DNA of 54,545 bases, the filler included, from Sphacelaria rigidula (lineage: Eukaryota), in assembly GCA_964200075.2 (NCBI GenBank). It is 5 parts of 5 records of this genome, joined end to end, with 100 filler letters (N's around TTAATTAATTAA, not from the genome) between each part and the next. Parts side by side here need not be neighbours in the genome. Positions count along the whole stretch, not along the records: positions 21,861 to 32,689 come from CAXNAA020005842.1; positions 32,790 to 43,617 come from CAXNAA020005843.1; 3 more parts are not named here. The stretch is one strand, 5' to 3'. The notes beneath the pieces were generated by a model. The model had not been told where the DNA came from and ran no database searches. It worked only from the letters and a program-made list of their open reading frames with translations. A program made the position numbers and the translations under genes. Position 1 is the stretch's first letter. Each line of letters begins with the position of its first letter. Positions 24,150-36,392 of the stretch are shown here, piece after piece.

Positions 24150-27100
24150 TTTTTGCGTCGGCGGTAACCTCATTCGGAACCACGTAATGAACACACTCCG
24201 TATCTGCGGCTCGCTCAAGATTAACTATCCACAGAATCGTGTCTCAGTTGGAGAACATGCCGTCGTATGAGTTGTCAGACGAACTCCACGGGCTCGGCGT
24301 TTTCCGGGCTATCAGCACTGGCACTATATCCTGACCGCGGTGTTGCGCGGGGTCGACTCGAATAAGAGCAGTAGACCCATAGGGCAGGCGTTCCGGAAGA
24401 TCGTCGAACAGCTGACACAGGCCGTATTCCCTGGCGCTGACTTCCTCACCGTCGTCTCCGCCGACCTCTTTTCTGGTGTGTTCGGATGGTCTGGACATGA
24501 TCCCGCGGCGGATGAGAGGACACCACTCTGGGTGCCGGTCGAGGCACATTTCGCAGCTGTATGGGAAACCGCGCAGATGTGGGGGGGGGGGAGAGAGGCA
24601 GGTGTTAGGGGTGTATTCGGAGACGTTGCCATCGATAACAATCCCGGAAGTGAAGGTATATCCATTTATCGGAAAAGCTTGGCGAATTCGTCTGTTGTTG
24701 GGGGAACTCACAAGTAAGATAGCTGGTAGACGGCGATGATGCCTGGTGTGCCCGTTGCTGCTACCCTGCCAATAGCTTGGCATCCTAAGGCTTCGATTTC
24801 CTTTGCTACCGACCGGGCCGCCTGGCGCACAGCACGTGTCACGTCTTCTTCACCAAAAGAAACTGTCTTCCGAGAAGGGTGTTCGCCTGCTTCGTGAGTA
24901 GGAAAGTCTTCTGTTGCGGTGTGCTTCGCCCCTCGCCGATCCACGTCTGTAAAGAAGCGGATTAGGTGGACGGGATACGCGTTAGTGAACCAGACGCAAT
25001 GGTGAAGACTGCCCGTTGGCGCACAATGCATGTAAATTCCGACCCTAACCCTCATATACGAATGAGGGACAAGAATGGATGCGGGTGAGGGATACCACGA
25101 GAAGGCTGAAGCGCGGATCCGCGTGCTTTTTGTCGCCCCTTTCTCCTCCTCCCCTGAAGCACATGAAATTGGACACCACGACCTCACATTGGCGTAGACG
25201 TGAGACTTTGCCGATCTCAATACTTACCTCCCTTGCGCGCTCCTTCCTCTAAGGGTCCCGTGCGCGTTCGCTGTGACATCGTCTTCACCAACAAACACAA
25301 CTGTCACTGCTGAAGCGAACGCATGCAGAATTCCTATAGAAGCATGCAAAGGAGATGATTATTGAGATGTGCACAGTCTCACGTCCACGCCGATCTGAGA
25401 TTGTGATGTCCAAGTTCATGCGCGTCAGGGGGGGGTGTACCCATTCGTTTTTCGCCCTAGTCGTTTGACATTGACAAGGCATCCCTTTCGATACTGAGCA
25501 CTGTTCCTACTCCTCATTCAGGAGGGCGGGGGGGGGAGGGGAAGAAAAAGCACGCGAATCAGTGCATCGGCCTCTTTATCAATTATTGGGTCGCCTACAT
25601 ATTTGACGGTCAGGGTCGGACTTACCATGTACTGTGTGCCTTACAGGCCTGAACATGCAAACATCGAATTACATTAGGAATACGTACCGCGTGCACAGCT
25701 CAGGCACCGATTCACTTTTGTCATGCACAACTGTTCCGTTCCGCCGCCTTCACCGTTCCTTGTCTCGAAAAACGTCGTGAGATTTTCGGTGTTAGCCTCT
25801 TGAAGGAGAAAGCTTAGTCCCTTTCCTAGCTTCTGGCGCATATTCTCCGAGTTCGACACCACGGTCCACTGCTGGTTGTTCACCATAGTCCGCACGTGTG
25901 TCTTCGTTACCGTTCCTTCGCTATCCGAGGAGTTCTTGCCGTGGCTCGGACCGAAATAATGGTGTTCGATGTGTACTATGTTTTCGGTTGGCACTCCGCC
26001 CTCGTCTAGGACGAGTATCATGGCACCTCTTACGCAACCGAAATGGTATCGACATTTGGACTACTTGAAGCAGTTGTCGCTGAGTACGATGGCGGTGGTA
26101 ATGGGAACCGCCCGATCTTCCGAAGTGAGGCCGGGATGTCTTCGCTCAGTAACCTCGACAATACTTATTGTACCCATGCATTATCTTGAGCCATGTCGTC
26201 GCTCAAGATGATAAACGAGTACGTCCACACGCGCCCACCCCATCTAAACATGATATAGCAGGGAAAAATGGTCGTCGCGTCGTGGTTCCAGTGTTGGCTG
26301 TTAACTTGGTCTTGTTCCTTCACTTGCAGTCGATCCTGGAAGTCAACAATCAACAGCACTTATCTGTCCTTCAAAGTGTGTCTCTTGTCGTCGAAGGCGA
26401 TGCGCTGCATTTTGTATTGTCTTCTGCGCATGATGAACCGGCAAAATATCTCCTTAAATTCCAGCATAAAGTCGTCCACTGACCCTCATTTTTCCGCGAC
26501 GACTTGTGGAGGATAATGGGCGACGGTTCAGGATGGGAATGGTGTGGGGGAGGGGGAGGGGGAGGGTACCATCGGTCGGGCGCGCTGTATTGGGTGGCGG
26601 TGATCCGCGTGTCTTTGGCGCTTGCCCTCATCAGCACGAAAGTTAACACGTGATATATAGTACATTCGTAGTCTCGACCTCAAGATGGGGGTGCTTCCTT
26701 CCCCCGTGGGTCAGTCAGCGTCGCTGACCGGACGGAATCTCGTGCGAGATTGAACACGCAACGAGATCCTCACGCGATGGTTGGAGTTGCATATCTTGGT
26801 CGGGATCGTTCCCATTTGGAGCCTCCTACATGTATGACGTGCGCAGAATATGTGTGACGATGTTATGCCTAGCAAAATCCATTTGAGGCTTCTCTGTCCC
26901 ATTGTGGTGGTAATTGTTGCTTGTTGAAAAACAAATCGCGTGGTGATTTTGCTTTCTTCGGAGAACATCAATGGCTCCCCAGAGTGCATTCTCTTCCCCT
27001 CATATTGTTGCCACTCTGCACAATTTTCGTTGTGAAAAGGTGGATGTCGCAAGGCCTGTAGCCTTTAATCATTCAAATCCACACCTGTCGTTTCCTCGGG

Positions 27101-29471
27101 TTCGATCTCGCTCGCGGGTCGTACTTGGCGTCGGCGTCTTCGGCTCCCCCCTCCCGGCGGTTGTTCGGTCGTCATACCGCCGTCATCGCCATCCCTTTCT
27201 CGTTTTCATCGGTGTACATATTCCACTGGATTTCTCCGGGCGCAAGTCTTCCTCTCGACTTTGCGTCCGAAGCGGCCGAAGTCTCTCCCGATGTTCCGCC
27301 CTTGTGTTGTGGGCACCCGAAGAATACATTTTGCATCCGAGTGCATTCGACGCAGCTACCGCCTACGCACGTCGACTTGTGTGCTTCGACTCGCATTCCG
27401 TCACGCGAGGTGTACAGATACTCCTTACTGCACATGTGCTTCTCGCTGAAGTTGGCCCTGCCGTGGATGGATTTACGTGAGGTGTATGGGAGGTGATCCA
27501 CACACCCGCCATCCTTACAGAGGTTGCATTCGCACGTGCAAGCGGAATCGGGGGTGAGTCCTTGATGAAGTGTTGGCCACAGGTCGTACAGGGCGATGGT
27601 AATGAGCTTCGCCTTGTAGCAGGTGGCGCACAGGTACGATCAATTGGACTGATCGATAACGTAGAAGGGGATCAAGTCATCGAAGGCTCTTCAGCTGATG
27701 TTCTCTACCTCCACTTCACCCATTCGAAACTGAGCGAGGATGCACAAATGCAGAAGAAAAAGCGTCCGTGTTTGGTGACAAACCAGAAGTAGAATAATCT
27801 TCGCTCCTTCTAACTTCACGTTCCCTCCCTGTTGTTCTGAAAGGATGAGCAAGCGTGTATTCCCATGTCGATACTCTTACACCAATACTGCACATGACAT
27901 CAGCTGCACATCTGGGCTTGCTGGGGACCTCCTACGTGTATGACGGGCAGGAGATCGACGATTAGGACAAGATTCACATATGAAATCATTCACTAGAGCG
28001 AGATGTCATCGCCTGTCCATTGCGGGAGGTGTTAGCGTCCCGCAGTCATGGATGGGGTAGATAATATGTTTTCCCGAGTCTAGTGTGAACAACGATGCGA
28101 TCGTCTATAATGTCGAGCATTTGCCATGGTTAGGCATAAACTCCTATGCGACGCCTGTGCGGCACAAGCTGTCTCACCGTCTCTTCCATTTCTGTCATAA
28201 TGTCGTCGTAGAGCTTCAGCTTCGTGCCCATCAAGTACCGAACAGGCATACGAGAGCATAGCTCGGGTTTAACGCACACCAGCGAATGGTCTGCGTCTGA
28301 GCGTTTGTGGTTGCCGGGTGAAATAGTCGTGCTTCCATTTCACCTCACATGGAGACGGCTGGGTGTGAAATGTGATCCGTTCTTGAATCTAGGCCAGTGC
28401 GTGGGGACACGTGGCCTCCAGTCGATCTGATCGCGGCTTCCTGTCGGACACGCTGGGAGACGGCAGCATGGCATAGGTAGATGCCGAATACGCGAGGGGG
28501 GTGGATACGCATCAGATTCTATGATCATACACACGGGATGCTCGGCAGCCGACGCATCATCGCGACTGTGCGTTGATAAAAGTATTCCGTCTTCAGATTG
28601 ATGGATGTTGTAATGGGTGTGTCTGTCCGTGGCACTTGTGGGGGGGAATACTGTTCGTGTACGCATCATCGACATCCACCTCAGTCGTCGTGACTCACAT
28701 GCGGTGCGGCTCTCCGTTTTCCATGGCGTCCTCTCGCCTCCTCTTCGCGCCATAAAACGCTTCTCGGCCCAGGAGCCCTCCAACGAACTCTTTGGCATCT
28801 TCATATGTTGTGGATTCCCCGCACATAGCGCCTAAGACGGACCTGCGCATGACTGCTGCCGAGATAGCCCCCCCCCCCTAACCGGCCAAAAACGTACGCG
28901 GAGGCGGTGATCATAGATGCCGCTAAAGCTGGTTTCGTGCTGCACGACGCGACTCATTTGGGCGTTAAAGCCAATATCGGACTGCTACACGCCTCTTGTG
29001 TGGGTGAAACTGCTGCAAACGAGCCCACTAGTGGGATCGCAGCCGGTTTGTCGGACGGTCTCCGGTGCACTTTTTGTCGGGGGGCTATCTCGGCATTAGT
29101 TGCATCTTCCTTCCTCCCTAAGAGGCGACGATATCTGGCTCGGAAAGTTTTGCCCAAAGTTCACGAATGCTGTCGTATATCGCGCTATCACCGTTTCTCC
29201 TCTTTCTGTCATTTGCCAGGTTGGGATAAATCAGGTTCACAAACCGCGGGTGTTTCTGGAGGGGAGACCTCGTGAGCTCCCTTTTTTCGTCACATGTCGC
29301 CTCTGTATTCAGCCACTTCTGCTCTTCACCTGACTCCACAGCGTTGAGAAATGCGTCTGCAGCTTTGTACAGTGAGTTTTTGAGGTTCCATGCTGACGTC
29401 CTCCCCATTACTTGAGGTCGGTCTCGCCCCACAGTCCTGGGTAATATCAAATACGTATTGAGGTGTGACAT
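24150..29471 (-). pseudogene. Decayed DDD transposase of the Sola2-like type
   Basis: Minus-strand motifs in order: Cys-rich LIPFYV...LCATC and CVGGSCVEC (~27680-27200); IVDFQD...VNSQHW...ILSDDMAQD (26359-26165); LSDNCFK* (~26080); HYFGPSHGKNSSDSEG (~25950); RGFPYSCEMC (~24560); stops and frameshifts present; outer limits approximate. Confidence 0.75.
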
Positions 29472-29572
29472 CCTTTAGCTTTACCATGGTTCGGCCATGC
29501 AAACATATGTTTCAGCAAGCCATACCTTGTCGGCGCCTAATCTCTTATTCGAATTTGGAATGCCCTTGTCTC

Positions 29573-30455
29573 GCCGGCGACTGGCGATGGCGAGCCTCAT
29601 ATACGAAGGAGACTCCCTTTGAGGTCTTTGTATTTTGAGCGTGCTTTGCAGAAGGCGATGAAAAGATGTCGGCTTATTTCTTCGTAGGGCAAGGTGATTC
29701 ATCTATAGGTTAGGTTGTGTTGGCGTGTACCGTAGAAACAACGCATATCCTATTCGGGGGCGGCCTCTGACTTGATCAAAGATTGCCACGTTTGGATCTC
29801 CTTCGTGTATGAGGCTCTCATGAGGCTTATCCAAGAATATAAATACTGTGGTTGCTGCTTTGCCGGCGATTGGCGACGGCGAGCCTCATATATGAATGAG
29901 ACTCCCTTCGAGGTTGTTATATTTTGATATCTGTTGCGTGCCTTGCAAAACGTGATGAAAAGATGTGGGCGTGGGCCTACCTCTTCACAGGGCAAGATGA
30001 TTCATCGATAGATTAGGTAACGTTGGCATGTACCGTAGCAATACAACGCGTATCCTACTCGGGGGCGGCCCCTGACTTCATCGAAGATTGTCAAGTTTGA
30101 GTCTCCTTCGTGCATGAGGCTCTCATGAGGCTCATCTAAGAATATAAATATTATGCGTGCTACTTCGCCGTCGATTGGCGACGGCGAGCCTCATATGCGA
30201 AGGAGACTCCCTTCAACGTCTGTGTAGTTTTATATCCGTTGTGTGCCTTGTAGGGCGCGATGAAAAGATGTGGGCCTATCCCTCCATAGAACAAGATGGT
30301 CCGTGGATAGATTAGGTTATTATGTTGTTGGCATGAACCGTGGCACCACACTGCATATCTTATTCGGGAGCGGCCTCTGACTTGATCAAAGATTGCCGAG
30401 TTTGGGTCTCCTTCGTGTATGAGGCTCTGATGGGGCCCGTCGAAGAATAAAAATA
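29573..30455. repeat. Three tandem ~290-305-bp units, upstream of the transposase remnant
   Basis: ggcgagcctcatat..gaa.gagactccctt at 29592, 29881 and 30186. Confidence 0.9.
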
Positions 30456-31925
30456 CTCTGCCACATGTTTCTGCAATGCTATACCTGGAATGCCATGGTA
30501 GGCATTCGCGTCTCATTTCATGTTGCGATTCATTCATGTGTTGCTCTTCGTTATAATTTGCTGGGGTTACAATTCCATCCCTGGCATTTCGAAACCGTGC
30601 TCTACGGAGGGTGGTTTCCCCCCTCGGGTGGATGAGGTGAATCGGCATCATTTCCATTGTTTTTCGAAAATAACTGATGCCAGGTCACATATTGGCCCCT
30701 GTGTGCAGACATTAGGTTCGTTGAATACCGGTTCCGACAGAATTGACGCCGCATTCTCGGAACCATTACCACGCCCCTACCATGGCATCACTTAACGGGT
30801 GGTCTCCTCCCTTGGTAGGGTCTACTAATCGGTTGCCATGTCTGTATCTGCCGGGCACTATGAATATTTCTTTGATGCGATCATCCTCGGTTATGGACAT
30901 GTGCAGGGGTGTTAGATGTCTGGCTGAGATAGCCGCGTAGGGCACGCGAAAGCACAGCGCATTCGACGCGGAGGCGTGGCGCTCGCCAAATGGTGCATAT
31001 CACGCTACTTTCGGCTTGTATGACGCCGGTTATACCGTAACGTAATTTTGTTTGAAGTAAGTGTATGTGTACACATTTTGCTTATATATATTACGCTCAC
31101 GGTATATGTCATGGTCTCTTCGGCGGATGCATGTGGTGTGCTTGTTTGTGTAGCGGGAGGTGGGGGTGTATTGTTGGATTATGTCGTTGATGTCTTCTGC
31201 TTGTGGTTTGGCCGCGATCCGAGATACCTCGCGAGGATCGCGTCTCAGGTAATGAAGGGGCCATGCGGGGGAGGGATGGTACTTGGGTTCCATATGACCT
31301 TTTTGCTGAATACGTGATGGATACTCATGTTCACCTTCTTGACCAGGAAGGCCAAAACGGCCTCGTGCGGCCTCATGTCAGTATTTGATGTAGGGTTGGT
31401 CCACGGATGATCTATTTCGAGAATATTGCGCTGAGGGAGTTAGTGTGTTATGCGCGGGAGCTGGCGTTTTGAGCGCTACACATTGGCATTCACGTCAGTT
31501 TGTACCTGTTGTTTTCCACGACCGCGAGGGTGCCCCTTGGGTTCAGCCTCGATGCACGCATCGCCGCGTTCATGTCGCCTCCTCATCCTGAATGTTTCCG
31601 TATCCATGACGGCTGTTTCTCCCGTGCGTTATCCGCGCCCACTCGGTGCTGTCGAGTGTAGATTATGCCACGTGAGAGGTCATTTACAATTATCAGCCGT
31701 CCGTTCACTTCCTTTACCGTGAGGCTGGGGGCGCATAGATCATTCGATCAGTTTCTTTTTTTATGTGTGTTAATTTGATGCCGATTCTGCAGTTGGCCTA
31801 CCCTCGTGATCGAGAGTTCAGCACAGTGTCGTGTCCGGTCTTCAGGTTTGCCGTGTCCTCTTCGTGTCAGCTGAACCCTCATGCTTGTATAAGGAGGATG
31901 TTTGATTACTTCAGTCAATTACAAT

Positions 31926-32620
31926 CCAACGTTTCACCCTCCCCCCCCCTCCGCTCACGTATTCATGTCAAACGTGTTGGAGGCCCAGTCCCTCCAAATC
32001 GGTCGGTCGTCCCCGCAATACCCTCCCCGCACTTGTCTCGTCGATCCTCCCCTCACAGTTAGCTACAGACCCATCAGAATGTATCTCAGCCCGCACATCC
32101 TCCCCTCCAATGACAGGGAAGAAAGCGTACGGTTTTCCCTTACATCATTACGCATCAAGAATATGGAGGTACACGTTCCACGATTAAGGTACACCCGTAA
32201 GAAGTCACTAGAACGGCACCAAGGCCTCATACGCGAAGGAGATGCTTGCCCAGCCAGTTGCCGTCCAACCTTTCACCCCCCCCCATCCCCCCGTTACATA
32301 CGTGTAGGAGGCTCAGTCCCTCCAAATCGATCGGTTGTCCCCGCAACACCCTCCCCGCACTTCTCTCATCGATCCTCCCCTCACAGTTAGCTACAGACCC
32401 ATCAGAATGTATCTCAGCCCGCACATCCTCCCTTCCAATAACAGAGAAGAAAGCGTATGGTTTTCCTTTACATCATTACGCGTCGAGAATTAGAGGTACA
32501 CGTTCCACGAATGAAGTACACTCGCAAGAAGTCACTAGAACGGCACCTAGGCCTCACACGCAACGGAGACCCTTGCCCAGCCAGTTGTCATCCAACCTTT
32601 CACCCCCCCCCCATCCCCCA
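31926..32620. repeat. Two tandem ~330-bp units
   Basis: cgatcctcccctcacagttagctacagacccatcagaatgtatctcagcccgcacatcctccc occurs twice (~32042 and ~32370). Confidence 0.9.
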
Positions 32621-32689
32621 TTAGGAGTAGGAACGGTGCTCCGTCTCGAAAGGGATGCGTGGTCAATGGTCAAATGACTAAGACAAACA
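32621..32689 (+). repeat. Short high-copy repeat (ctccgtctcgaaagggatgcgtgg..aatggtca.a.gactaag); other copies at 32878-32925, 43395-43478 (-) and 54456-54500
   Basis: Four near-identical occurrences, located near contig or window ends. Confidence 0.85.
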
Positions 32690-32789
32690 NNNNNNNNNNN
32701 NNNNNNNNNNNNNNNNNNNNNNNNNNNNNNNNNTTAATTAATTAANNNNNNNNNNNNNNNNNNNNNNNNNNNNNNNNNNNNNNNNNNNN
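32690..32789. other. Artificial contig-join linker
   Basis: N run with TTAATTAATTAA. Confidence 0.95.
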
Positions 32790-33406
32790 AGACAAGCGCA
32801 GAGCAAGTGTGGAAGGATGTCTGACACACTTAAGAGCCTCTTTTTTCGTGCAACCAAATACCCCCCCCCTATCGTAGGGTCAAATGACTAAGGCAAGCAA
32901 CAAATGAGTACGCCCCCCCCCCCCTATCGTAGGATGACTCAGGACAATCTAACTCCAATCATACGAGTATTTCTGAGAAACAACGACGAATCTGACTCGG
33001 GTCATGCTGGTGGTTCCGGAGTGGTTGCATTTAAGTACGACAGGTTGGTCAGAAAGCTCTCCCCTTATCGTGGGATAATTCTCCTGTGCCCAACGCTCGC
33101 ATCTTTCAATTACTCGAGATGAGCCCCATGTTTTGTGATCCCGGGGGAGCATCATGAATGATGATGTTAACCGAGTCCTTATCACTAACGGAGGCAGGGT
33201 TGGTGTCATCATTTCCGCAAGGCTACGAGTGACGTGACAAGCTAGCACCGATGGGTATAAGACTGCCAACGAGCGCCTGGTACGTGTATAGGGTATACGT
33301 GTCGAATGTCATCTCTGATAAAGCTGCCCTGTTCCGGGTGCGCCAGTGCACCGTGTCTACTAGCCTTCATATTCATAGATCACCGACCGCGCAGGAGAAT
33401 GCTCAC

Positions 33407-33577
33407 CTCGGATTCGATGAAATGGGCCTGTTGGACGGCTATCAGATCCCCCCTGCGAACATGAATCCCTATGAAAGGCTCCGCGCCTATCTTCTTCCTG
33501 AGACTGGAATAGACGACTTGGTCCACCATGTCTCGAAGCCAAGGAGTCATGAAACTCCACAAGTGGCTTGTGATAGT
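33407..33577 (-). CDS. GT23-like alpha-fucosyltransferase, exon 4 (TITSHLWSFMTPWLRDMVDQ...PFIGIHVRRGDLIAVQQAHFIESE)
   Basis: Fucosyltransferase motif I (GIHVRRGD); 171-nt phase 0-0 exon; donor gag|gtgagc; later exons not found. Confidence 0.88.
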
Positions 33578-34027
33578 CTTGGACCGTTCGCGTGCAGAAT
33601 GCGGAGGGAGGGTTGCGGGGTTGTTATGTTCAAAGAGCAGCCGCAGGCAGATATGAGAGTTCACCTTCAGTACTAAGGATGAAAAACGAGACCCAGCACT
33701 CATCGACACAGCCCACACAAGTGTTTCCCCTCGTTGTCGTTCTGATAAACGTTCACAGTAGCCAGTGTTTGTAAACACACCACTTGACCCCCCGCCGGCG
33801 TATGGAGCACCCCCGAGATTCACATGGAGCCGTGTGGTAGGCTATGAGCCTCCCCGACTATTATAATCGGTCACAATAGTGTATGGTCACAAAACCTCAA
33901 TGCGCGGGGCATACGCAAGTAGTGTAGCATGCAAGGAGCGTAGAGTAGCTCACGTAGACCATGCCGCACTGTCTATAGGGTTACATGCGGAACAATCGTG
34001 TACGACGAAACGCGGGGGAGCACTTAC

Positions 34028-34180
34028 CGCGATCGCACCGACGTGATCAACCCCTAAACCGTTTAGTCCCTCGTTGATTCCCTTGCGATGTTGCTGGACA
34101 AAGCCAAACCGTGTTTGGATAGCCTCACGTACCTCTTCCTCGGATACAGAACCGCTCGCTTCCATCGCGTAGCGCCAGTC
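34028..34180 (-). CDS. GT23-like fucosyltransferase, exon 3 (DWRYAMEASG...DHVGAIA)
   Basis: ttcag| acceptor, gcg|gtaagt donor, 153 nt, phase 0-0. Confidence 0.82.
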
Positions 34181-34329
34181 CTGAACACAAAGGCGGAAGA
34201 CGTGCGGACAGTCATGTGTTTACTTCGTGGAAACATTCCACGAACGTATCAGGTGCACCCACTCGCGCTCGTACTAGGAGGGTGCGTCTCACCCATACGT
34301 AACGACAAGCAAAGCATCAGCACCCTCCA

Positions 34330-34772
34330 AACACGGGATCTTACAAATTGGGGATGGATTTTTTATTGGGGATGAGAAACCTGGAGAATTAAAATCTTCG
34401 TGTCCACACCAAATCTTCGAAATATGGTTCCATTTCTTCACCTACTGATAGCTATTGACAAGTGCTACACGCCATAGAAATTTGGATATCAATCACCAAA
34501 TGTTGAGGTTTTGGGTGAAAAAACAATTTCGGAACGTTTTCGGCGTCCGTTCGGACACCCGGAATTCCCCAAAATTGGTTTTTCACCTAGGCCCCCAACA
34601 TTTCGGTGATCAAAATCCAAATTTCTATGGCGTGTAGCACTTGTCAATAGCTATCAGTAGGCGAAGAAATGGAACCATGTTTCGAAGATTTGGTGTGGAT
34701 ACGAAGATTTTAATTCTCCGGGTTTCTCATCCGCAATAAAAGACCCATCCCAAAATTGTAAGATCCCGTGTT
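34330..34772. mobile_element. Palindromic MITE, AACA...TGTT termini, 4-bp TSD TCCA (intronic)
   Basis: ~200-bp arms including cctactgatagctattgacaagtgcta; TCCA at 34326-34329 and 34773-34776. Confidence 0.88.
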
Positions 34773-34831
34773 TCCAGGACCTTGAAGTGATGGGGGGTCA
34801 AGATCGTACATTAGTTGCCTCACTCGTTTAC

Positions 34832-35013
34832 CGATATAGTCTTGAAGATGCAGACATGTGGTATATCTTGGAAGAGACAACCCCAACCCTTGGATGCCCG
34901 TCCACCACTTTCTTCCTCGCAGGTAGTCCACACGAGCTGGTCGCCCATCATTATGAGCGACAAATTGGACCATTTCTTGACGGCAAGGGCGTACACCCAA
35001 GCGTTCACTAAAT
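34832..35013 (-). CDS. GT23-like fucosyltransferase, exon 2 (NLVNAWVYALAVKKW...GWGCLFQDIPHVCIFKTIS)
   Basis: cgcag| acceptor in phase 1, tcg|gtaaac donor in phase 0, 182 nt. Confidence 0.85.
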
Positions 35014-35899
35014 CTGCGTGCGGAGATACGAGAAGGTGAGCACGAGCGGCGAAGTGAGGTGGGGTGTCCCTACTCTAGGAGGGGTGTCCTCCAACCTAAC
35101 GAGTGTGCCTAATTAGGGGGTGTCCCTAACCTGCCACAAGAGTCTGTTGGACGAGCGAAACACGATATTTTATCACGTTGAGGGAGTTGTACCAGATCGG
35201 ATGTGTAGAACGCACACGCCGCATTTTCCCGCGAGTACTAGATATCCTATCATTACTATTCCCCTTAGTCGAAAGGGTCGGCGCATGAATGAAGAGGATA
35301 CTTATATGGGTCAGCCTCAACTCCGGTTGTCATACTCTTCGGCTGCAGTTGCGCGCAGTGGTATTCTAAAGCGACGACTCGTATATTGTTGACAGATATT
35401 CGTCGTTAACGAAGCCGTGTTGCCCTGCAATTGCCGGAATCACAAGAGGTCGGATTGGGTGGTACCGTGTGCAGCCTTTTCCAGCTATCCAGCGCAAACA
35501 ACGAAGAAGGCGTAGTAATATGTAGTAACGAAGGATACCAAAAAAAGTGAAGTTGAACACTCGAATGAGGGGGAAGTTGCATTCCGAACTGCATGTTACG
35601 TGAAACAGATTTAATTTATCTTTTGGATCTTCCCCTAGCTTCCCCTGTCGCGCATTGTTGCTTCGGTGTCTAAAGTCATATATATATATATATATATTTA
35701 TGTTCATTCGAAACGGTTCTCACCAGGTGAGGAAGAATGCTTTCGTCAGCTTCCTTCGGGTTTCGTCCAAAAATGTTCCGGAGTTTTGTCGAGCTTGACA
35801 CTTTCTGCGACAGCTCCCACAAAAAACCAGCCCAATAGTGTCACGAAAAAAATGGTCATACAGCGCCTGATATTTGGGTCAGGCTGCATGAAGCGCCTC

Positions 35900-36040
35900 A
35901 TATGGGCGACATTGGCGAGAACGAACCCAAGCGTGGGAATTCCCAGCTGCTCATTGTGCCCGGCATTTTTCATTTCGATATATGTCAAGATTTTGCCTCC
36001 CCAAAACAGGAACTTTTTTGGGGGGGGGGGGCTATCGTAA
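35900..36040 (-). repeat. Fragment homologous to the interior of the MITE at 9301
   Basis: aacccaagcgtgggaattcccagct...aagattttgcctccc is the reverse complement of 9376-9454. Confidence 0.75.
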
Positions 36041-36392
36041 AAAAGTGTAATGGTCTCGAGGTTACACAGAAGGGAATACTTCCATGAGAAGCAAAGTGCC
36101 GCCGTTGGCGTTTCGGAAAAGAATTCTTGTTGCCGGAAACGTTTCATGGATGGAAAAATAGGAAAAATCTCATACGTCGGGAACTCCCTGCCCCTCGCTA
36201 ATTTTCCTAGGACTCGAAACGAAATCCGGCGCATTTTCTTCTGAGTCGAGGCAATCCAATGGGCAGCGCCTTCCCTCACCTGGTAAGAGCCGTTTCGAAT
36301 GTACCAAAGGACTTCCAGACACCGGAGCAACATCGCGCGACAAGGCAAGCTAGGGGAAGTTTCAACAGATGACACAAAATCTTAGAGCAGGA

